A stretch of 32,000 nucleotides of DNA from Prochlorococcus marinus str. NATL2A (GTDB lineage: Bacteria; Cyanobacteriota; Cyanobacteriia; PCC-6307; Cyanobiaceae): contig NC_007335.2 in assembly GCF_000012465.1 (NCBI RefSeq), positions 420,001-452,000 on the forward strand, read 5' to 3'. The first letter of the stretch is position 1, and every line of letters begins with the position of its first letter. Below, one piece after another: positions 28,169 to 32,000 of this stretch. The notes below the pieces were generated by a model. That model saw nothing but the letters and a program-made list of their open reading frames with translations, did no database searches and was not told where the DNA came from. The translations under genes were made by a program, and so were the position numbers.

Positions 28169-28645
28169 TTGGAGACTAGAAAGTATCAACTACAAAAACA
28201 GATTGTAGAAGCTCTGAAGGCTAACGATAATGATTTATATTCTCTACTGAAATCTCAATGGGCTCATCGTTTTGGAGTAGATAGCTTGGAAGAACTGAAA
28301 AGCCTAGATTTAGAACAGTTAAATCAAACCCCAAGTGATGTAGATAATCAAACAATTGATCAATCAAAAGAAGATTCTTTCGAGGGCGAAAAAGAAACTT
28401 CTATCAAAGACGATGATAATCAGTCAAAAGAAATAATAAACAAAGAGGTTGATGAGTCAGTTAAGGATGAGAATGATAAATCTTTTACAATTACATCTTA
28501 CTCAATAGCTGACAAAGAAAATGATGAAGATAAAACTATAAACCAATACAAAGACAGTAGAAGTCACCCTGAAATTAAAGCTTTGATTCCTTTGCCTCCT
28601 AAACCTAAATATAGTTATCTCAAGAAGTGGTTGTTGAGAAAATAA
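28169..28645 (+). CDS. Hypothetical acidic low-complexity protein
   Basis: This 158-aa ORF has a TTG start and no internal Met. The ordered-looking N-terminus (YQLQKQIVEALKANDNDLYSLLKSQWAHRFGVDSLEEL) is followed by a D/E/K/N/S-rich region and a basic, proline-rich C-terminus (LIPLPPKPKYSYLKKWLLRK). I recognise no family. Confidence 0.45.
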   Translation: METRKYQLQKQIVEALKANDNDLYSLLKSQWAHRFGVDSLEELKSLDLEQLNQTPSDVDNQTIDQSKEDSFEGEKETSIKDDDNQSKEIINKEVDESVKDENDKSFTITSYSIADKENDEDKTINQYKDSRSHPEIKALIPLPPKPKYSYLKKWLLRK

Positions 28646-28680
28646 ATTCTAAATTAGTTTTTACTAATTTAGAATTTTTT
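28644..28680. terminator. Bidirectional hairpin terminator between the convergent genes 28169..28645 and groEL
   Basis: A perfect 15-bp inverted repeat, AAATTCTAAATTAGT (28644-28658) and ACTAATTTAGAATTT (28663-28677), encloses a TTTT loop. It is flanked by T-runs in both transcriptional directions. The stem is AT-rich with only 2 G:C pairs, so its strength is uncertain. Confidence 0.55.
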
Positions 28681-28709
28681 AATTTGAGATTGTAGATCTT
28701 TTTATATTC

Positions 28710-30392
28710 TTACATCATTCCTGGCATTCCCATTCCGCCCATTCCGCCCATTCCGCCCATTCCGCCCATTCCGCCCATTCCGCCCATTGGGTCTCCACCT
28801 TCAGCTCCTGGTGCTGATGGGGGCTCAGGTTTGTCAGCAATAACAACTTCAGTAGTTATGAGAAGTGAAGCAATTGATACAGCATCTTGAAGAGCAAGCC
28901 GTATTACTTTTGAAGCATCTAAGATCCCTGCTTCAAGCAAATCCTCGTACTCTCCAGTTTGTGCATTGAAGCCTTTGCCTAAACGCTTGATATCTGAAAC
29001 AACAACATCTCCGTTAAATCCAGCATTTATAGCTATCTGTTTTGTTGGAGCAGTCAATGCTCTTTTTATAATTTCAACTCCAGTTTTCTGATCACCCTCT
29101 AGCTTTTTAGCTAAATCTCCAAGCCCTTCACTCAGCTCTAAAAGAGTTGTTCCACCACCAGCAACAATACCTTCTTCAATGGCTGCACGAGTTGCATTCA
29201 GAGCATCCTCAATTCTGAGCTTTCTGTTTTTTAACTCAGTTTCAGTTGGAGCTCCGACTTTAATTACAGCTACACCGCCAGCAAGTTTAGCTATTCTCTC
29301 ATTTAATTTCTCTTGATCGTACTCAGAGTCTGTCTCTTCAAGTTCTCTCTTGATTGAGGCAATGCGATTTGATAATTCGGTGTTTTGAGCCTCATTTGCG
29401 ACAATTGTTGTGCTGTCTTTTGTAATTGTTACTCTTCTTGCTTGACCTAGGTCAGAAATTTGAACTTTCTCAAGACTCATTGCTTTGTCTTCGCTTATTA
29501 ATGTGCCGCCAGTTAATACTGCAATATCTCCAAGTGCAGCTTTTCGTCTCTCGCCAAATGATGGAGCTCTAACAGCTGCTACCTGTAAAACACCACGATT
29601 TTTATTAACTACTAATGTGGCTAATGCTTCACCCTCTACTTCTTCTGCAAGAATTATTAATGGTGTTCCGTTCTTTTGAACTGTTTCTAGAACAGGAATG
29701 AGATCGGCAATTGATGAAATCTTTTTGTCAGTAATTAGGATTGAAGGATTTTCAAATTCGCAAATTAATCGATCTTCATCTGTCACAAAATATGGAGAGC
29801 TATAGCCTCTGTCAAATGCCATTCCCTCAGTGATATCTAATTCGGTGGCTAGAGATTTGGATTCCTCAACAGTTATAACTCCATCAAAACTTACCTTATC
29901 TATTGCATCTGCAATCATTGAACCTATTTCCTCGTCTCCACCGGCACTTACTGTCGCAACTTGTTTAATAGCATCACCACTGACTGATTTACTTTTTTTC
30001 TTTAAATCATCAACTATTTGAGCTACAGCCTTTTCCATTCCCCTTCTTAATTCGATTGGGCTGGCTCCGGCGGCTGTATTTCTCAAACCTTCTTGAACCA
30101 TAAATTGCGCTAAAACTGTTGCAGTAGTTGTTCCATCTCCAGCTTTTTCTTTCGTTTTTGATGCAACCTGTTCAATGAGCTTTGCTCCTATATTTTCAAA
30201 TGGATCTTCAAGATCTATTTCCTTTGCAATAGTTACTCCATCATTAACAATATCTGGGGCTCCAAATTTTTTTTCAATAACAACATTTCTACCTTTAGGT
30301 CCAATTGTGACTTTTAGAGCGTTGGCTAGATTGTTTACTCCTTTTTCGAGAGCACCGCGAGATTCGTCTGAAAAACTTAGAAGTTTTGCCAT
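28710..30392 (-). CDS. groEL: Chaperonin GroEL (Cpn60), monocistronic copy without adjacent groES
   Basis: [38 protein letters not shown]..., [25 protein letters not shown] and the C-terminal (GGM)n tail are present. No groES ORF lies upstream, so this is the groEL2-type paralogue. Confidence 0.97.
   Translation of the reverse strand: MAKLLSFSDESRGALEKGVNNLANALKVTIGPKGRNVVIEKKFGAPDIVNDGVTIAKEIDLEDPFENIGAKLIEQVASKTKEKAGDGTTTATVLAQFMVQEGLRNTAAGASPIELRRGMEKAVAQIVDDLKKKSKSVSGDAIKQVATVSAGGDEEIGSMIADAIDKVSFDGVITVEESKSLATELDITEGMAFDRGYSSPYFVTDEDRLICEFENPSILITDKKISSIADLIPVLETVQKNGTPLIILAEEVEGEALATLVVNKNRGVLQVAAVRAPSFGERRKAALGDIAVLTGGTLISEDKAMSLEKVQISDLGQARRVTITKDSTTIVANEAQNTELSNRIASIKRELEETDSEYDQEKLNERIAKLAGGVAVIKVGAPTETELKNRKLRIEDALNATRAAIEEGIVAGGGTTLLELSEGLGDLAKKLEGDQKTGVEIIKRALTAPTKQIAINAGFNGDVVVSDIKRLGKGFNAQTGEYEDLLEAGILDASKVIRLALQDAVSIASLLITTEVVIADKPEPPSAPGAEGGDPMGGMGGMGGMGGMGGMGGMGMPGMM
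28731..28784 (-). repeat. Perfect tandem 9-nt repeat x6 (plus strand CATTCCGCC; coding GGCGGAATG = Gly-Gly-Met) in the groEL tail
   Basis: Read directly: six identical consecutive 9-mers from 28731 to 28784, flanked by degenerate copies (CATTCC upstream, CATTGGGTC downstream). Confidence 0.95.
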
Positions 30393-30520
30393 ATTTGATT
30401 TGAATTATTATTAATCTCCCACAGGAATCACACATTAGGGGAGGCTAAATAAGTGGGGAAAGCCGAATTGTAATTCACAAATTACTCCCAATTTTTGCAG
30501 AAGGTAGTTAGTGTCAACGT

Positions 30521-30697
30521 ATGAACGATCCTGGGGCTTTATTTTTTATTCTCATGGCTGGGTTGGCAGGGACTATGACTTTGATTTATTTCCCTTTGAG
30601 GATATTTCTTACAGCTACAGCAAGAAGTAGAAGATTAAAATTATTGCAGCGAATTAGAAGATTGAGAGATGAATTAGGACAGCCTCTTCAAAATTGA
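30521..30697 (+). CDS. Candidate small membrane protein (58 aa), not in the supplied ORF track (below its size cut-off)
   Basis: ATG at 30521 to TGA at 30695-30697 translates as MNDPGALFFILMAGLAGTMTLIYFPLRIFLTATARSRRLKLLQRIRRLRDELGQPLQN. That is one hydrophobic helix followed by an Arg-rich amphipathic helix. It fills most of an otherwise empty 312-nt spacer. Confidence 0.35.
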   Translation: MNDPGALFFILMAGLAGTMTLIYFPLRIFLTATARSRRLKLLQRIRRLRDELGQPLQN

Positions 30698-30704
30698 TGT
30701 TTTC

Positions 30705-31457
30705 TTAACTCATAACCATCCCTCCATCAACTTGAATTACCTGACCTGTTATGTAAGAAGCCGAAGGATCCGCTGCTAAAAACTTCACTGCCCCTGCAAC
30801 ATCTTCAGGGTTGCCGAATCGTCCAAGCGGGATAGCAGAAAGGATTGATTCACTATTCAGATCTTTTGTCATATCAGTTGAAATAAAACCAGGGGCAACT
30901 GCATTTACAGTAATTCCTCTGCTGGCAAATTCTTTTGCAGCACTTTGTGTGAGACCTACTACTCCTGCCTTGGCTGCAGAATAATTTGCTTGCCCTGGGT
31001 TGCCCATCAACCCAACGACAGAAGTTATGTTGATAATTCTTCCTTTTTTTTGCTTCAACATCTGCCTTGATACCGCTCTTGTGCAATAAAAAACACCACT
31101 CAAGTTAAGATCTAAAACTTTCTGCCAATCGTCCGTTTTCATTCTCATTAAAAGGCCATCTTTAGTTATACCAGCGTTATTGACGAGGACATCAATTTTA
31201 TTATTTTTCTCCAGTACTGTTTTTATTAATTCATTTACCGAGTTTTCATTAGAAATATCAGCTTGAAGAGGGTATGCTTTGCCTCCAAAGGAGTTTATTT
31301 CTGATACGACTTTATTTGCATTCTCCAAAGATGAAGAATAATTGATGATTACTTCTGCTCCTTCCTTCGCTAGAAAAATTGCAATAGCTTTACCAATACC
31401 TCTGCTTGCGCCAGTTACAATTGCAGTCTGTCCTTCAAGTAATTTTGATAATGTCAT
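30705..31457 (-). CDS. fabG: 3-oxoacyl-[acyl-carrier-protein] reductase
   Basis: It has the SDR motifs TGASRGIGKAIA, NNAG and the catalytic YSAAKAG. Its length (250 aa) and the PLGRFG...GQVIQVDGGMVM C-terminus are typical of FabG. Confidence 0.93.
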   Translation of the reverse strand: MTLSKLLEGQTAIVTGASRGIGKAIAIFLAKEGAEVIINYSSSLENANKVVSEINSFGGKAYPLQADISNENSVNELIKTVLEKNNKIDVLVNNAGITKDGLLMRMKTDDWQKVLDLNLSGVFYCTRAVSRQMLKQKKGRIINITSVVGLMGNPGQANYSAAKAGVVGLTQSAAKEFASRGITVNAVAPGFISTDMTKDLNSESILSAIPLGRFGNPEDVAGAVKFLAADPSASYITGQVIQVDGGMVMS

Positions 31458-31616
31458 AATCTTATGATTTTAAAATCGTTAGAATCGGATAATTATTTTA
31501 TTTAACTTACTATTGACTTACTTGCTTTTTATAAAGACTTTAAGCTCAGATAGTAAAAATAGTTATTTTTACTGGTCGAATATATTGAATAAATAATCAA
31601 TAAAGGGGGATCAGTT

Positions 31617-32000
31617 TTGCATTTGTTAATTGCGGCGGCAGGGAGTGGAAGTCGAATGGGTGCTGATAGAAATAAACTCCTTTTGAAGGTTGCAGGTAAG
31701 ACGGTTTTAGAATGGACTTTAAAAGCAGCTTTCGAGGCTAAAACAATTTCTTGGATTGGAATTATTGGACAACCCAAAGATAAAAATCCCATTTGTTCAA
31801 TTCTTGATAACTCAGTAAAGGCAGTTCAATGGATCAATGGAGGATCAACAAGACAGCAGTCAGTTCAACTGGGATTAGCTGCTCTTCCAAATGATGCAAA
31901 GTCTGTGCTGATTCATGATGGAGCAAGATGCTTGGTGAGATCATTCGTTTTTGATGAGATCTCAAAGATTGTTTCCAAGGGACAATCTGTTATTGCTGCT
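31617..32000 (+). CDS. ispD: 2-C-methyl-D-erythritol 4-phosphate cytidylyltransferase, 3'-truncated by the window edge
   Basis: The open frame from the TTG at 31617 (preceded by AAGGGGGA) runs to the window end. It reads (M)[34 protein letters not shown]...GGSTRQQSV...IHDGARCL. The AAGxGxRMG loop, GG.TRQ.SV and HD.AR are IspD hallmarks. It is absent from the ORF track because it has no stop in the window. Confidence 0.85.
   Translation, partial: MHLLIAAAGSGSRMGADRNKLLLKVAGKTVLEWTLKAAFEAKTISWIGIIGQPKDKNPICSILDNSVKAVQWINGGSTRQQSVQLGLAALPNDAKSVLIHDGARCLVRSFVFDEISKIVSKGQSVIAA

Noticed and set aside
28731-28784. The tandem identical repeats could have been a CRISPR array or a non-coding satellite.
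   Set aside because: The units are 9 nt, contiguous with no spacers, and in frame within the groEL C-terminus, where they encode GGM x6. This is a coding minisatellite, not CRISPR.
30428-30437. A 10-mer, TCACACATTA, is shared between the groEL leader (30428-30437) and the porin leader (4510-4519). In mRNA sense this is UAAUGUGUGA upstream of both minus-strand genes.
   Set aside because: Only 6 nt (GUGUGA) of the groEL copy extend the Yfr1 complementarity. The distances to the start codon differ (36 nt versus 8 nt). By rough estimate, a single shared 10-mer between two leaders of about 150 nt has a chance probability of a few percent. It is worth a motif search genome-wide but is not supportable as a site from this window alone.
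30393-30520. I looked for a CIRCE (HrcA) operator, TTAGCACTC-N9-GAGTGCTAA, upstream of groEL.
   Set aside because: No match is present. The nearest element is TTAG-GGGAGG-CTAA (30435-30448), only a 4-bp inverted repeat. A CUCCC/GGGAG 5-bp stem in the leader is too weak and too far from the AUG to call an RNA thermometer.
31466-31477. A 12-nt perfect palindrome, GATTTTAAAATC, lies 9 nt upstream of the fabG start in the fabG-ispD divergent region and could be an operator.
   Set aside because: It consists almost entirely of A/T in an AT-rich spacer. It has no second copy in the window and resembles no operator I know. It is more likely chance or part of the -10/UTR composition.
1-32000. I scanned the spacers and ORF translations across the window for mobile elements, integrases, tRNA or tmRNA genes as island anchors, HIP1 (GCGATCGC) repeats, riboswitches upstream of ribE, hisF and the cobT-like gene, and defence or toxin-antitoxin gene pairs.
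   Set aside because: None was found. No spacer contains a tRNA-like T-arm (GGTTCGAATCC-type) sequence. The spacers upstream of ribE (84 nt) and hisF (52 nt) are too short or dissimilar for FMN or other riboswitches. Nearly every ORF over 100 aa is either assigned to a housekeeping family or rejected above as a shadow frame; the exceptions are the four uncharacterised genes after topA and the 28169..28645 ORF. Apart from the porin-like gene, composition looks uniform by eye.

Overview
This is a dense, AT-rich, housekeeping stretch of a marine picocyanobacterial chromosome. Gene content (chlG, ndhB, vipp1, cyAbrB, ctaCDE/ctaAB, monocistronic groEL) and composition point to Prochlorococcus; no HIP1 palindromes were seen. 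I support about 34 protein-coding genes on both strands: lepA (5' partial), an orphan DppC-type ABC permease, trmH-like, an acidic porin-like beta-barrel, rsmB, chlG, hisF, menG/ubiE, vipp1, birA, a MacB/LolD-type ABC ATPase, ndhB, topA, a tightly packed four-gene string after topA (lipoprotein, DUF2232-like membrane protein, archaeal-type CobT-like protein, Tat-lipoprotein), ribE, cyAbrB, ctaCDE, ctaA-ctaB, an ABC-2 exporter pair, groEL, fabG and ispD (3' partial). I found no rRNA, tRNA, CRISPR, transposase, integrase or recognisable defence, toxin or phage genes, so this reads as core genome rather than an accessory island, and I see no compelling undescribed multi-gene system. The observations most worth a second look are: (1) a lysine-free, hyper-acidic beta-barrel protein with locally raised GC, whose ribosome-binding region is complementary to the conserved core of the cyanobacterial sRNA Yfr1; (2) the topA-linked string of uncharacterised envelope and CobT-like genes; (3) an unlisted 58-aa membrane ORF between groEL and fabG; (4) a perfect 9-nt x6 coding minisatellite in the groEL tail. 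All family assignments come from reading motifs in the translations. No database search was run.
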